Source: Spirochaetia bacterium (GTDB taxonomy: Bacteria > Spirochaetota > Spirochaetia > SZUA-6 > Bin103). Taken from it: a stretch of DNA of 64,000 nucleotides. Below the pieces are notes generated by a model. The model made no database searches. It was not told the origin of the DNA and worked only from the letters and a program-made list of their open reading frames with translations. The stretch is taken from contig CBDAOI010000002.1 in the NCBI GenBank assembly GCA_965198005.1, forward strand, positions 352,001 through 416,000. Direction: 5' to 3'. The first letter of the stretch is position 1; each line of letters opens with the position of its first letter. The translations under genes were made by a program, and so were the position numbers. Positions 48,332 to 58,337 of this stretch are shown in pieces.

Positions 48332-50152
48332 CTACTCCCAGTAGCGACTCAGGCGGAAGAACGAGTGCAGGAGCGGGCCGGCCGTCATGCGGCAGCGGGC
48401 ATGGGACGGCTGCACGCGGTCGACCTCGCCTTCGATCTCCACGACGCCAAGGGGCTCCAGCACTCTCCGGCAGAACACGGCGTAGTTCTCGATGAAGCTC
48501 CGGACGTGAACCGAGGCCTTGCCCGGCAGCAGCACTTGCCAGAACAGCCGCAACACCTCGGCGGCGTAGTCGGAAACGCGCTGCGGCGTAGCGCCTGCGT
48601 GGTGCAACAGGCACAGCGTATAGGCAAGCACCGTGGCGTCCTTCGCCTGCCAATGCGCGAAGAACAGGTCGTCCAGGAGCCGCGGCAGCATCTCCAGCGC
48701 CACGCGTTCGGCACCGCCGCCGGCAGCGGTCTCTACCTCGAGGCCGGCCGCACGCCGCTCGGCCAGGAGCGCTTCCACCCGCGGCGCTCGCGCCGCGAGC
48801 TCGCGGCGTGCCGCAGGGCTGAAGTCCAGGGTGAACAGCGTGCTCTTGGACGGCACCGACGGCATATGCCGGCGCACCTCCGGTGGTGGCGGGGTGTAGT
48901 CCGCGATCCCTCCGGGGAGGGAGATCTCGTAGCGTTGGACCGTTCTCTTGAGGGTTGCTTCCAGCTCGCGCGCGGTCTCGGGTGCCACGCCGTAGCGCGT
49001 TGCCAACTCTTCCAAGCGGTATTCGACACCGAGATTGCGCCGCCGGGAAAGTTCACGCAGGAATGCGTTGATCGGCTCCAGTGCCGCCGCGGCACCATCA
49101 TCGGTTTTCCGCGCATCCTCCACCAGCCGCTGGTACTGCAGACTCTTGACAATCGGCGACACCACGCCGGGCAGATCCCTGGCGACGAGCGCCATGGTCC
49201 CGCCAGCGAACCATTCCGGATCATCCGGCAACTCCGCCTGCTCGCGCAGGAGCTGCGCAAGCTCCCGGTAGAGATCCGGCCCCATCGCGATCACGGTGAG
49301 CACTCCCTTGACCGCGTCGTAGTAGAACTGCGCGATCTCAGCGGGTGAGCTGCGATCGCGCAGCTTGCCTTCGACCACCTGTCGCCGCTCCGGCACCGCG
49401 GTGATCTCGAAGTCGGCGGCACACCGCTCCACGGAAAAGGAGCGCACCGCCACCTCATGCGCACAGAACCGGACCGGTTGCTCTCTGAACACCGCCTCCG
49501 GGATCTCCGCCCAGCGCGCCAGCAACAGAAAGTAGGCCGGCCGTGCGGCCACCGCGGCCTCCAGTCCCTGTATCCTGAGGGTATCGGGGTGCAGCGCCTT
49601 GGCCAGGTAGACGAAGTCGTAGGGCTGGAAGCCGCGGTGGTAGTGCACCACTCCGAAAGTCTGACAACACAGCCCGTTCGAATACGCCGCGGTGAAGAAC
49701 AGCCGCTCGCCCTGGCGCGTCAGGTCGGTAAGCGCCGGCGAATAGAACAGCCGCTCGCAGTCCGACAGGTGATCCACCACCCGGTAGAGGTCTCCCCGCA
49801 CCTGTGCGGTCACCGAGAACAGCGTCCAGAACCAGGGGCGGCGCATGACCTCACGGAGCAGCCCTCGCTGCTCCCGCGACAGGTCCTCGCGATGCTGAGC
49901 CAGGTACTTGCGTACCATGGCCGGCCGGCGCATGACCTCCATGCCGGCGACCTGCACCACGGCCAGTTGATGCCACTCTTCGGGCAATTCGGCGGCGACC
50001 TTGTGCAGGCGCCGCACATCTCTCGCGTACCCGGCCAGCAGCTTGCGTCCGGTGACGGCCCAGGATATGAAGTGGTCCTCGATGTGGGAGAGCGATTCCA
50101 CGATGTCACTCACCGCGACGCTGCGTTCGACCGTCGCGTCAATGTCCATCAT
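48332..50152 (-). CDS. Hypothetical protein (~606 aa)
   Basis: Long ORF with protein-like composition; no family recognised. Confidence 0.7.
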   Translation of the reverse strand: MMDIDATVERSVAVSDIVESLSHIEDHFISWAVTGRKLLAGYARDVRRLHKVAAELPEEWHQLAVVQVAGMEVMRRPAMVRKYLAQHREDLSREQRGLLREVMRRPWFWTLFSVTAQVRGDLYRVVDHLSDCERLFYSPALTDLTRQGERLFFTAAYSNGLCCQTFGVVHYHRGFQPYDFVYLAKALHPDTLRIQGLEAAVAARPAYFLLLARWAEIPEAVFREQPVRFCAHEVAVRSFSVERCAADFEITAVPERRQVVEGKLRDRSSPAEIAQFYYDAVKGVLTVIAMGPDLYRELAQLLREQAELPDDPEWFAGGTMALVARDLPGVVSPIVKSLQYQRLVEDARKTDDGAAAALEPINAFLRELSRRRNLGVEYRLEELATRYGVAPETARELEATLKRTVQRYEISLPGGIADYTPPPPEVRRHMPSVPSKSTLFTLDFSPAARRELAARAPRVEALLAERRAAGLEVETAAGGGAERVALEMLPRLLDDLFFAHWQAKDATVLAYTLCLLHHAGATPQRVSDYAAEVLRLFWQVLLPGKASVHVRSFIENYAVFCRRVLEPLGVVEIEGEVDRVQPSHARCRMTAGPLLHSFFRLSRYWE

Positions 50153-50267
50153 GGCCGAAAGCCTACCACACACGCGCACGTCAGGGGCGACGGCTCGACA
50201 GGAGCGCACGTCCACCTTGACCGGGTTGGCATTCCTCTTGCGCTGTGCCGGCAGGAGGTTCCCCTCG

Positions 50268-50668
50268 ATGCAGAGATTACATCGCGCGGCGCTGGTGTTG
50301 GCCGCGTCCGTGTTCGCCTTGTTGGCTGCCGTCGCCGTGAGCGCCGAGTAGCTCGCCGTCAAGTATTCGCTCGACTGGAAGTTCGAAGGTCCGAGCGCGA
50401 TCGCCCGCGTCGCCAGCGGCGTCTACCAGTTCGGCTTCGCCGACATCAACTCCCTGATCAAGTTCCACGACAAGAATCCGGACGTGGGGATCAAGGGGAT
50501 TCTCATGGTGTACGACGCGCCGCCGTTCGCTATCGTCACGCTGGGCCGCTGGTGTTCGCCGGCCTCTGGGCGCTGGCCGCGGAGGGGATCGGCATGTATG
50601 CTGCCTTCGCTTGGCTCGAGCGGCGCCTTACCGGCTGGGCCTTTCGCCGCGACGCCGCCAACGCCTGA
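50268..50668 (+). pseudogene. Collapsed NMT1/THI5-type ABC transporter operon
   Basis: Signal peptide, TAG, LDWKFEGPSA | FGFADINSL..VYD.PP | permease tail WLERRLTGWA. Confidence 0.75.
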
Positions 50669-50721
50669 TTCGGACGCGGCAGAAGTCGCCCGCGAAATCA
50701 GGCGAAATCAGAGGGGGAGGG

Positions 50722-52278
50722 ATGAGCGAGCGACGCGACGGCGGCGGCGAGTACCTGCTGGAGGCGCGCGACATCGTCAAGCAGTTCGGCGACTTCACCG
50801 CCAACGACCGGGTGAGTTTGCGCCTGCGCCACGGTCAGATCCACGCCCTGCTGGGCGAGAACGGGGCCGGCAAGTCGACCCTGGTCAAGATCATGTTCGG
50901 CGCGCTCCAACCTACGGCCGGCAGCCTGCACTGGCGCGGGCAGGAGGTCGTCATCCCCAGTCCGGCGGCCGCGCGGCGGCTCGGCATCGCCATGGTGTTC
51001 CAGCACTTCTCACTGTTCGAGGAACTCACCGTGATCGAGAACATCGCCCTCGCGCTACGCGGCGCGTTCGATCCCACGGCCCTTACCGAGCGCCTCACGC
51101 GCGCGTCACACGCGTACGGCCTGCCGCCGAAGCCCTCGGCACTGGTCGCGGATCTGTCGGTCGGCGAACGCCAGCGGATCGAGATCATGCGCTGCCTGCT
51201 GCAGGAGCCCAGGCTCCTGATCATGGATGAGCCGACCGCGGTGCTCACCCCGCAGGAGGCGGACCAGCTGTTCGTCACCCTGCGCCGGCTGGCGCGCGAC
51301 GGCTGCGCGGTGCTCTACATCTCACACCGGCTGGAGGAGGTGAAGCGGCTCTGCCACGCCGCCACCATCCTGCGTCACGGCAAGGTGGTGGCCGAGGTAG
51401 ATCCGCAGACCGAGACCGCGGCCTCGCTGGCCCGGCTGATGGTGGGCGCCGACGTGCACGAGGTGGAGGCCGCCGGCCACGCCGCCGGCGGGACGCCGCT
51501 GCTGACCGTGACCGGCTTGTCGCTGCCGGCCGGCGGTCCGTTCGGCGTGGCGCTGCGTCACGTATCCCTGGAGGTGCGCGCGGGCGAGGTGGTGGCGATC
51601 GCCGGGGTGGCCGGCAATGGCCAGTCCGAGCTGTTCGAGGCGCTGTCCGGCGAGCGTCTCGCTCCGGCGCCCGAAACCATCACCATCGCGGGCCATCACT
51701 GCGGCAAGCGCGACGTAACTGCACGCCGCCAGCTCGGCGCCGCCTTCGTCCCCGAAGAACGGCTCGGCCACAGTGCCGTGCCCAACTTCGTACTTGCCGA
51801 CAACGTGCTGCTGACCCGCCACGCGTCCGATCCGGCCATGGTGCGCGCCGGCTTCGTCGACCGGCTCAAGACGCGCACCGCCGCGGCCCGCGTCACCGAG
51901 CGGTTCGACGTACGCGTCAGCCAGGAGAATTCGCCGGCGGCGTCCCTGTCCGGCGGCAACCTGCAGAAGTTCGTGGTCGGGCGTGAGCTGGACCGCGATC
52001 CGCGGGTGCTGGTGATCAACCAGCCGACCTGGGGAGTGGACGCGGGCGCCGCGGCGCTGATCCGCCAAGTGCTGTCCGACATGGCGCGCACCGGCGCCGC
52101 GGTGCTGGTGATCAGCCAGGATCTCGACGAGATCTTCGAGATCGCCGACCGGATCGCGGTGATCTCGCGCGGCGAGCTGTCCGAGAGCTTTACCGCGGGC
52201 GCGATCGACCGCGAGCGGATCGGCCTGCTGATGGCCGGCGCCCACGAGCACGCCGCCGCCGTGGAGGTCACCGGGTGA
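50722..52278 (+). CDS. Nucleoside/purine ABC transporter ATPase (tandem domains)
   Basis: GENGAGKST, DEPTAVL, LSGGNLQK, QPTWGVD. Confidence 0.92.
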   Translation: MSERRDGGGEYLLEARDIVKQFGDFTANDRVSLRLRHGQIHALLGENGAGKSTLVKIMFGALQPTAGSLHWRGQEVVIPSPAAARRLGIAMVFQHFSLFEELTVIENIALALRGAFDPTALTERLTRASHAYGLPPKPSALVADLSVGERQRIEIMRCLLQEPRLLIMDEPTAVLTPQEADQLFVTLRRLARDGCAVLYISHRLEEVKRLCHAATILRHGKVVAEVDPQTETAASLARLMVGADVHEVEAAGHAAGGTPLLTVTGLSLPAGGPFGVALRHVSLEVRAGEVVAIAGVAGNGQSELFEALSGERLAPAPETITIAGHHCGKRDVTARRQLGAAFVPEERLGHSAVPNFVLADNVLLTRHASDPAMVRAGFVDRLKTRTAAARVTERFDVRVSQENSPAASLSGGNLQKFVVGRELDRDPRVLVINQPTWGVDAGAAALIRQVLSDMARTGAAVLVISQDLDEIFEIADRIAVISRGELSESFTAGAIDRERIGLLMAGAHEHAAAVEVTG

Positions 52279-53357
52279 AGCTCCTGTTCGAAAAGCGGGC
52301 GCAGCCGAGCCGGGCGATGAGCGTGCTCGCTCCGGTCCTGGCGATCCTGCTGATGGTGGTCGTGGGCGGCATCCTGTTCGCGGCGCGCGGCATCGAGCCG
52401 TTGCGCGGGCTCTACGTCTACTTCATCGAGCCGGTCACCACCCTGTGGTCGATCGAGGAGCTGATCGTCAAGGCCACGCCGCTGGTGCTGATCGGGGCCG
52501 GCCTCGCGGTCTGCTTCCGCGCCAACGTCTGGAACATCGGCGCCGAGGGCCAACTGACGCTGGGCGCCGTGGCCGGCGCCGCCATCCCGATCCTGGCCCA
52601 CCAGTGGCAGTCGCCGCTGGTGCTGCCGCTGATGATGCTGCTCGGGATGCTGGGCGGCATTGCCTGGGCGACGATCCCGGCGCTGCTGCGCAATCGTTTC
52701 GGCGCCAACGAGATCCTCACCAGCCTGATGCTCGTGTACGTGGCGCAACTCCTGCTCGACTGGCTGGTACGCGGTCCGTGGCGCGACCCGGACGGCTACA
52801 ACTTCCCCGAGTCGGTGGCGTTCGAGCAATGGCAGCTTCTGCCGACGCTCGGTTACAGCCGGGTCCACCTCGGCGGCGCCTTCGCGCTGCTCGCCGTGCT
52901 GGTGTTGTTCCTGTTTCTGGCGCGCACCATCAAGGGCTTCGAGATCGAGGTGAGCGGCGCCGCCCCGCGCGCCAGCGGCTTCGGTGGCTTCTCGCGGCCG
53001 CGCACCGTGTGGTTCTGTCTGGCGCTCTCCGGCGCCCTGGCCGGGCTGGCCGGCATCGGCGAGATAGCGGGACCGGTCGGACAGTTGCAACCGACAATCT
53101 CGCCGGGCTACGGCTTCACCGCCATCATCGTGGCGTTTCTCGGACGCCTGAACCCGATCGGCGTATTGCTCGCCGGAATCATCCTGGCGATCAGCTATCT
53201 CGGCGGCGAGGGCGCGCAGATCGAGCTCGGCCTGTCCGACAAGACCGCGCAGGTGTTCCAGGGCACCCTGCTATTCTTCATCCTCGCCAGCGACACCCTG
53301 ATCCGCTACCGCGTGCGGGTGCAGCGCGGCGCGGCGCCAACCGAGGTGGCGCGATGA
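52275..53357 (+). CDS. Nucleoside/purine ABC permease
   Basis: WNIGAEGQ, NEILTSLML, GYGFTAIIVAFLGRLNP. Confidence 0.92.
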   Translation: MKLLFEKRAQPSRAMSVLAPVLAILLMVVVGGILFAARGIEPLRGLYVYFIEPVTTLWSIEELIVKATPLVLIGAGLAVCFRANVWNIGAEGQLTLGAVAGAAIPILAHQWQSPLVLPLMMLLGMLGGIAWATIPALLRNRFGANEILTSLMLVYVAQLLLDWLVRGPWRDPDGYNFPESVAFEQWQLLPTLGYSRVHLGGAFALLAVLVLFLFLARTIKGFEIEVSGAAPRASGFGGFSRPRTVWFCLALSGALAGLAGIGEIAGPVGQLQPTISPGYGFTAIIVAFLGRLNPIGVLLAGIILAISYLGGEGAQIELGLSDKTAQVFQGTLLFFILASDTLIRYRVRVQRGAAPTEVAR

Positions 53358-54274
53358 CCGGTCTCGAAGCGGTGTTGCTGACGATCATCACCGCGTCGAC
53401 GCCGTTGCTGCTGGCCGCCCTCGGGGAACTGGTGGTGGAGCGTTCGGGGGTGCTCAACCTCGGCGTCGAGGGGATGATGATCATCGGCGCGGTCAGCGGC
53501 TTCGTGGCCGCCTACACCTTCGGCTCGGCGGTGGTCGGCGTGGTGGCGGCGATTGTCATGGGAGTCGGGGTGGCCCTGCTGTTCGCCTACTTCACCCAGA
53601 CGCTGGTGACCAACCAGGTCGCGACCGGATTGGCCCTGACCCTGTTCGGGCTGGGCCTGGCCGGCCTGATCGGCGAGAACTTCACCGGCCTGCCCGGGGT
53701 AAAGCTGCAGCGCATTCACCTGCCGGTGCTGACCGACCTCCCGCTGGTCGGCCCCGTGCTGTTCGGCCAGGACCCGCTGGTCTACGCCTCGGTCGCCATC
53801 ACCGTGCTGGTGGCCTGGACCCTGGCGCGCACCCGCGTGGGGCTGGTGATCCGCGCCACCGGCGGCAACCACCACTCGGCGCACGCCCTGGGCTATCGCG
53901 TGATCGCGGTCCGCTACGGCTGCATCGCCTTCGGCGGTGGCTGCGCGGGACTGGCCGGCGGGTACCTTTCCCTGTTCTACACCCCGCAGTGGATCGAGAA
54001 CATGACCGCCGGACGCGGCTGGATCGCCCTGGCGCTGGTGGTGTTCTCCACCTGGGCGCCGTGGCGGGTGGCCGTCGGCGCCTACCTGTTCGGCACCGTG
54101 TGGATCATGGGGCTGTACGCGCAAGGCGTCGGGATCGGGATTCCGTCGCAACTGCTCTCGTCGCTGCCCTACCTGGCCACCATCGCCGCGCTGGTGCTGA
54201 TCTCCGGCAACCGCCAGCTGACCAGGAAGAACACGCCGGCCTGTCTCGGCCTGCCGTTCGTGCCCGATCGCTGA
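53354..54274 (+). CDS. Nucleoside/purine ABC permease
   Basis: ERSGVLNLGVEGMM, GRGWIALALV. Confidence 0.92.
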   Translation: MTGLEAVLLTIITASTPLLLAALGELVVERSGVLNLGVEGMMIIGAVSGFVAAYTFGSAVVGVVAAIVMGVGVALLFAYFTQTLVTNQVATGLALTLFGLGLAGLIGENFTGLPGVKLQRIHLPVLTDLPLVGPVLFGQDPLVYASVAITVLVAWTLARTRVGLVIRATGGNHHSAHALGYRVIAVRYGCIAFGGGCAGLAGGYLSLFYTPQWIENMTAGRGWIALALVVFSTWAPWRVAVGAYLFGTVWIMGLYAQGVGIGIPSQLLSSLPYLATIAALVLISGNRQLTRKNTPACLGLPFVPDR

Positions 54275-54473
54275 GGCGGGTCGTGGCCATGGTGGCGGTC
54301 GCGCATCCCGCCGCATCGTGCAATGGCGGCTTGACCAACGCGCGTTCCCGTGGTTGCATTGGACGGCGGCTCGTGCCGGGCCATACGGCCCGACCGTCCG
54401 AGGTTCGCCACCTATCAATCTTGATCCCACCGGGAGCACCAACCTGTCAGTGGGAACCACACAAGGAGTAGCT

Positions 54474-55541
54474 ATGAGGAACGTATTCGCACTTGCCACC
54501 GCCATTGTGCTGGCGTTGGCGACCGTCGCGTCCGTCCACGGCGACGAGGCGATCAAGGTCGGGTTCATCTACGTCGGCCCGATCGGCGACCACGGCTGGA
54601 CCTATCAGCACCATCAGGGCCTGCTGGCAGTGGAGGAGGAGTTCGGCGACCGCGTCGAAACGATCTACGTGGAAAACGTCGCCGAGGGTCCGGATGCCGA
54701 ACGCGCCATCACCCGCCTTGCGCGCCAGGGCGCCGGCCTGATCTTCACCACCTCGTTCGGCTTCATGGAGCCGACCGTCAAGGTGGCCAAACGCTTCCCG
54801 GACGTGATCTTCGAGCACGCCACCGGCTACCAGCGCGCCGATAACGTGGCGATCTACTCGGCCCGCTTCTACGAAGGCCGCTACATCATCGGTCAGATCG
54901 CCGCGCAGATGTCGGAGAGCGGCGTCGCCGGCTACATCGCGTCGTTCCCGATCCCGGAAGTGGTGCGCGGCATCAACTCGTTCCTGCTGGGCGCACAGAC
55001 CGTCAACCCCGACTTCAAGCTCAAGATCGTCTGGGTGAACACCTGGTTCGATCCGGGCAAGGAAGCGGACGCCGCCAAGGTGCTGATCGGCCAGGGCGCG
55101 GACATCATCACCCAGCACACCGACTCCACCGCGCCGCTGCAGATCGCCGAGGAACAGGGCGTGCTCGGTTTCGGCCAAGCATCCAACATGTTCGAGTTTG
55201 CGCCGAATGCCCAACTCACGGCCATCATCGACGACTGGGCGCCCTACTACGTCGTACGCACCCGCGCCGCGCTCGACGGCACCTGGGAGTCGACCGACAC
55301 CTGGGACGGCATCGGGCCGGGGATGGTCAAGATGGCGGCCTACACCAACATGCCGGAGGACGTGGCGGCGTTGGCCATGGAGACAGAAGCGATGATCGCG
55401 TCCGGCGAGCTGCACCCGTTCAAGGGCCCGATCTACCGCCAGGACGGCACCATGGTGATCGGCGAGGGCGAGGTGCTCGACGACGGCACGCTGCTGCGCA
55501 TGGACTGGTACGTGCAGGGCGTCGACGACAAGCTGCCCTGA
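54474..55541 (+). CDS. BMP-family substrate-binding protein
   Basis: GFIYVGPIGDHGW, TSFGFM, QHTDS; signal peptide and RBS. Confidence 0.93.
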   Translation: MRNVFALATAIVLALATVASVHGDEAIKVGFIYVGPIGDHGWTYQHHQGLLAVEEEFGDRVETIYVENVAEGPDAERAITRLARQGAGLIFTTSFGFMEPTVKVAKRFPDVIFEHATGYQRADNVAIYSARFYEGRYIIGQIAAQMSESGVAGYIASFPIPEVVRGINSFLLGAQTVNPDFKLKIVWVNTWFDPGKEADAAKVLIGQGADIITQHTDSTAPLQIAEEQGVLGFGQASNMFEFAPNAQLTAIIDDWAPYYVVRTRAALDGTWESTDTWDGIGPGMVKMAAYTNMPEDVAALAMETEAMIASGELHPFKGPIYRQDGTMVIGEGEVLDDGTLLRMDWYVQGVDDKLP

Positions 55542-55651
55542 TAGGGCCCACACCCGACCCGGCACGCGTCCGGTTGGCGCCGGCGGCGGCGAGCGACTGA
55601 CCGCCGCCAGCCCCCGGCCGTTCGACGCGCGCCATGAGCCATGTTTCGTTG

Positions 55652-56524
55652 CTATCCGCCGAGGAACAGGCGGCCTACGCGGGGGTCGCGCAGCAGTTCT
55701 TCGCCGCGCGCGGCGAGGGCCAGATTGCCGGCCACCAGGACGTAGCCCAGGTCCGCGAACTGCAACCCCTTGCGGGCGTTCTGCTCGACCATGATGATCG
55801 TCTTGCGCTCGCGGTCGCGCAGCTCGACCAGGAGCTCGAACACCAGGTCGATGTAGCGCGGCTCGAGGCCGATCGACGGCTCGTCCACCAGCAGCACATC
55901 CGGATTCATCACCAGGGCGCGCGAAATCTCCAGCAGGCGCCGCTCGCCGCCGGACAATACCCGCGCGGGCTGCGTGCGGCGCTCGGCGAGGCGCGGGTAG
56001 CGGTCGAGCACCGCGGCCACGGCGTTGCGCACGGCGGCCTGGTCGCGCATCAGGTAGGCGCCCATCTGCAGGTTCTCCTCGACCGTCATGTCGGGAAACA
56101 CGGAGTTGTCCTGCAGGATGTAGGCGATGCCGGCCTGCCTGAGCTTGTCAGCGGCGTGCATGCGGGTGAGGTCGCGGCCCTGCTTGCGGATGGTGCCGCC
56201 GGTGATGGTGTTGAGGCCGTAGATCGCGTGCAGCACGGTGGACTTGCCGGCGCCGTTGGGGCCGATCAGGCACAGCGACTGCCCGCGCCCCACCTGCAGG
56301 TCGATGCCGTGCAGGATTTCCATGCGGCCGTAACCGGCGACCAGGTGGTCGATGCGGATGAAGTCGTCGCCGCCGGCCAGCTCCGCCAGCCGTGCGCGCG
56401 CCACGCCCCGCTCCAGCAGCGACGCGCTCTCGCGCGCCACCTGCTCCACCGAGATCGCCGCACCGAGCTCGCCGACCCCGTACCCGGAAACGCCGCCGGC
56501 CGGCGTCCTGCGCTCCAGCGCCAT
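55652..56524 (-). CDS. LivF-type ABC ATPase
   Basis: GPNGAGKST, LSGGER, DEPSIGL, VEQN. Confidence 0.9.
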   Translation of the reverse strand: MALERRTPAGGVSGYGVGELGAAISVEQVARESASLLERGVARARLAELAGGDDFIRIDHLVAGYGRMEILHGIDLQVGRGQSLCLIGPNGAGKSTVLHAIYGLNTITGGTIRKQGRDLTRMHAADKLRQAGIAYILQDNSVFPDMTVEENLQMGAYLMRDQAAVRNAVAAVLDRYPRLAERRTQPARVLSGGERRLLEISRALVMNPDVLLVDEPSIGLEPRYIDLVFELLVELRDRERKTIIMVEQNARKGLQFADLGYVLVAGNLALAARGEELLRDPRVGRLFLGG

Positions 56525-57267
56525 CAATCCGCTCCGAGGTACGCTTCCACCACGCGCGGGTCGCGGCGCACCTCTTCCGGCGTGCCCGCGGCCAGCAGCC
56601 GGCCATGCGCCAGACAGTAGACGTGGGTGGCCAGGTTCATGATCACCCGCATGTTGTGCTCGATCACCAGCAGGGTCACGCCCAGCTCGGCGTTGGCCCG
56701 GACCAGCCGGTCGATCATCCCGTTGATCAGGGTTGGATTGATGCCCGCCGTGGGCTCGTCGAGCAGCAGCATCGTGGGCCGGAACATCAGTGCCATGGCG
56801 AATTCCAGCAGCTTCTGCTGCCCGAACGACAGGCTGCCGGCGGGCTGGTGGCGCAGAGCATGGAGACCGACGAATTCCAGCAGCGCTGCCGCGCGCTCGG
56901 TGACGGCTGGCGGCACCCGGCGCAGCAGCACGCCGCCGTGCGCGGTGCGGTGGGGCGCGCTGACCTGCATGTTCTCGAGGCAGCTCATGGCGCCGTACAC
57001 CCGGGTCTGCTGGAAGGTGCGCAGCAGGCCGAGGCGGGCGATGCGCGGCACGGTCATGCGCTCGATGCGGGTGCCGTCGAAGCTGACCGTGCCGGCGTCC
57101 ACCGGATGGTGGCCGACGATGCAGTTGAACAGCGTGGTCTTGCCGGAGCCGTTGGGACCGATCAGCCCGTGCACGGCGCCGGGCGCGACGCGCAGGCTGA
57201 TCTCGCGGTTGGCCGTCACCCCGCCGAACGACTTGCTGACCGCGTCGACCTGCAGCAGGGCGTTCAT
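56524..57267 (-). CDS. LivG-type ABC ATPase
   Basis: GPNGSGKTT, RTFQ, DEPTAG, IEHNM, VVEAYLG. Confidence 0.92.
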   Translation of the reverse strand: MNALLQVDAVSKSFGGVTANREISLRVAPGAVHGLIGPNGSGKTTLFNCIVGHHPVDAGTVSFDGTRIERMTVPRIARLGLLRTFQQTRVYGAMSCLENMQVSAPHRTAHGGVLLRRVPPAVTERAAALLEFVGLHALRHQPAGSLSFGQQKLLEFAMALMFRPTMLLLDEPTAGINPTLINGMIDRLVRANAELGVTLLVIEHNMRVIMNLATHVYCLAHGRLLAAGTPEEVRRDPRVVEAYLGAD

Positions 57268-58337
57268 GCGCCCCGCCCCGCCGCCAGCGCCGTGGTGCCG
57301 CGCCGCTCCCGGATCCCGCCGAGAATGCCGTTCGGCAGGAAAGTCACGATCAGCACGATCAGCAGACCCATGGCGACCCGGTGCCAGCCGAGCAGGAAGG
57401 TCCAGAACAGCTCCTGGGCGACGTGGAACACCATCGCCCCGAGCACCGGTCCCCACAGCGTGCCGCGCCCGCCCATGATCGCCATCAGGATCATCCACAC
57501 CCCGAAGGTCGCTCCCGAGAACGCGATGTCCAGCGGATCGATGAAGCCGATGAAGTTGCCGTAGGCGCCGCCGGCCAGGGCCAGAAACAACGCGGCCACC
57601 GACCAGGCCAGCACCTTGCAGCGGGTGGTCGGCAGGCCCATCGCCTCGGCCTTGTCCTCGTCGTCGCGAATGGCGTTGATCAGCAGCCCGAAACGGCAGC
57701 GATACAGCAGCCGCAACCCGCCGAAGCAGACCCCGGCCAGCGCGAGAAAGTAGAAACAGAAGAAGCGGTTGCGATTGCCCAGGGCCTCCGGGAACAGTGG
57801 CGTGACCAGCCCCGAGCCGGCCCCGAGCCAGTCCCAGGCGCTGGCGATCTCGCCCGCGGCGACCCCGAGACCGAGCGTGCAGATAGCGAAGTAGTGGCCG
57901 CGCAGACGCAGGATGCCGGCGCCCAGCGGCAGCGCGATCAGCACCGCCACCAGCGCCGCGCAGGCCAGCCCCAGACCCAGTCCGCCGAAGTACTGCAGCG
58001 GCTCCAGGCGCGCCGCCGCGCCGCCGGCGATGCTGGCGTACTCCTGCACGTTGAAGAACAGGCCGCGCTGCACCACCGCGCTGGCGTACATCCCGGCGCC
58101 GAAGAAGACGATGTTGCCGAACGAGTTGTAGCCCATCTGGCCGCCCACCACGTCCCAGGTCAGCGCCAGCACCACCATCACCCACAGCACCGCCATCTGC
58201 GACTGGAGCTGCGGCACCAGAAACGGCCCGGCGATGCCCGCCGCGGCCAGCAGCAGCGGGGCCAGGCGCCGGGCGCCAACCCGAGACGGCGGGGCGCCGG
58301 GCGGCGCCGCCCGCGCCGTGCTCGCAGCAGAGCTCAT
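57264..58337 (-). CDS. LivM-type ABC permease
   Basis: LRGHYFAICTL, AIRDDE..A.AMG, GGRGTLWGP. Confidence 0.9.
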   Translation of the reverse strand: MSSAASTARAAPPGAPPSRVGARRLAPLLLAAAGIAGPFLVPQLQSQMAVLWVMVVLALTWDVVGGQMGYNSFGNIVFFGAGMYASAVVQRGLFFNVQEYASIAGGAAARLEPLQYFGGLGLGLACAALVAVLIALPLGAGILRLRGHYFAICTLGLGVAAGEIASAWDWLGAGSGLVTPLFPEALGNRNRFFCFYFLALAGVCFGGLRLLYRCRFGLLINAIRDDEDKAEAMGLPTTRCKVLAWSVAALFLALAGGAYGNFIGFIDPLDIAFSGATFGVWMILMAIMGGRGTLWGPVLGAMVFHVAQELFWTFLLGWHRVAMGLLIVLIVTFLPNGILGGIRERRGTTALAAGRGA

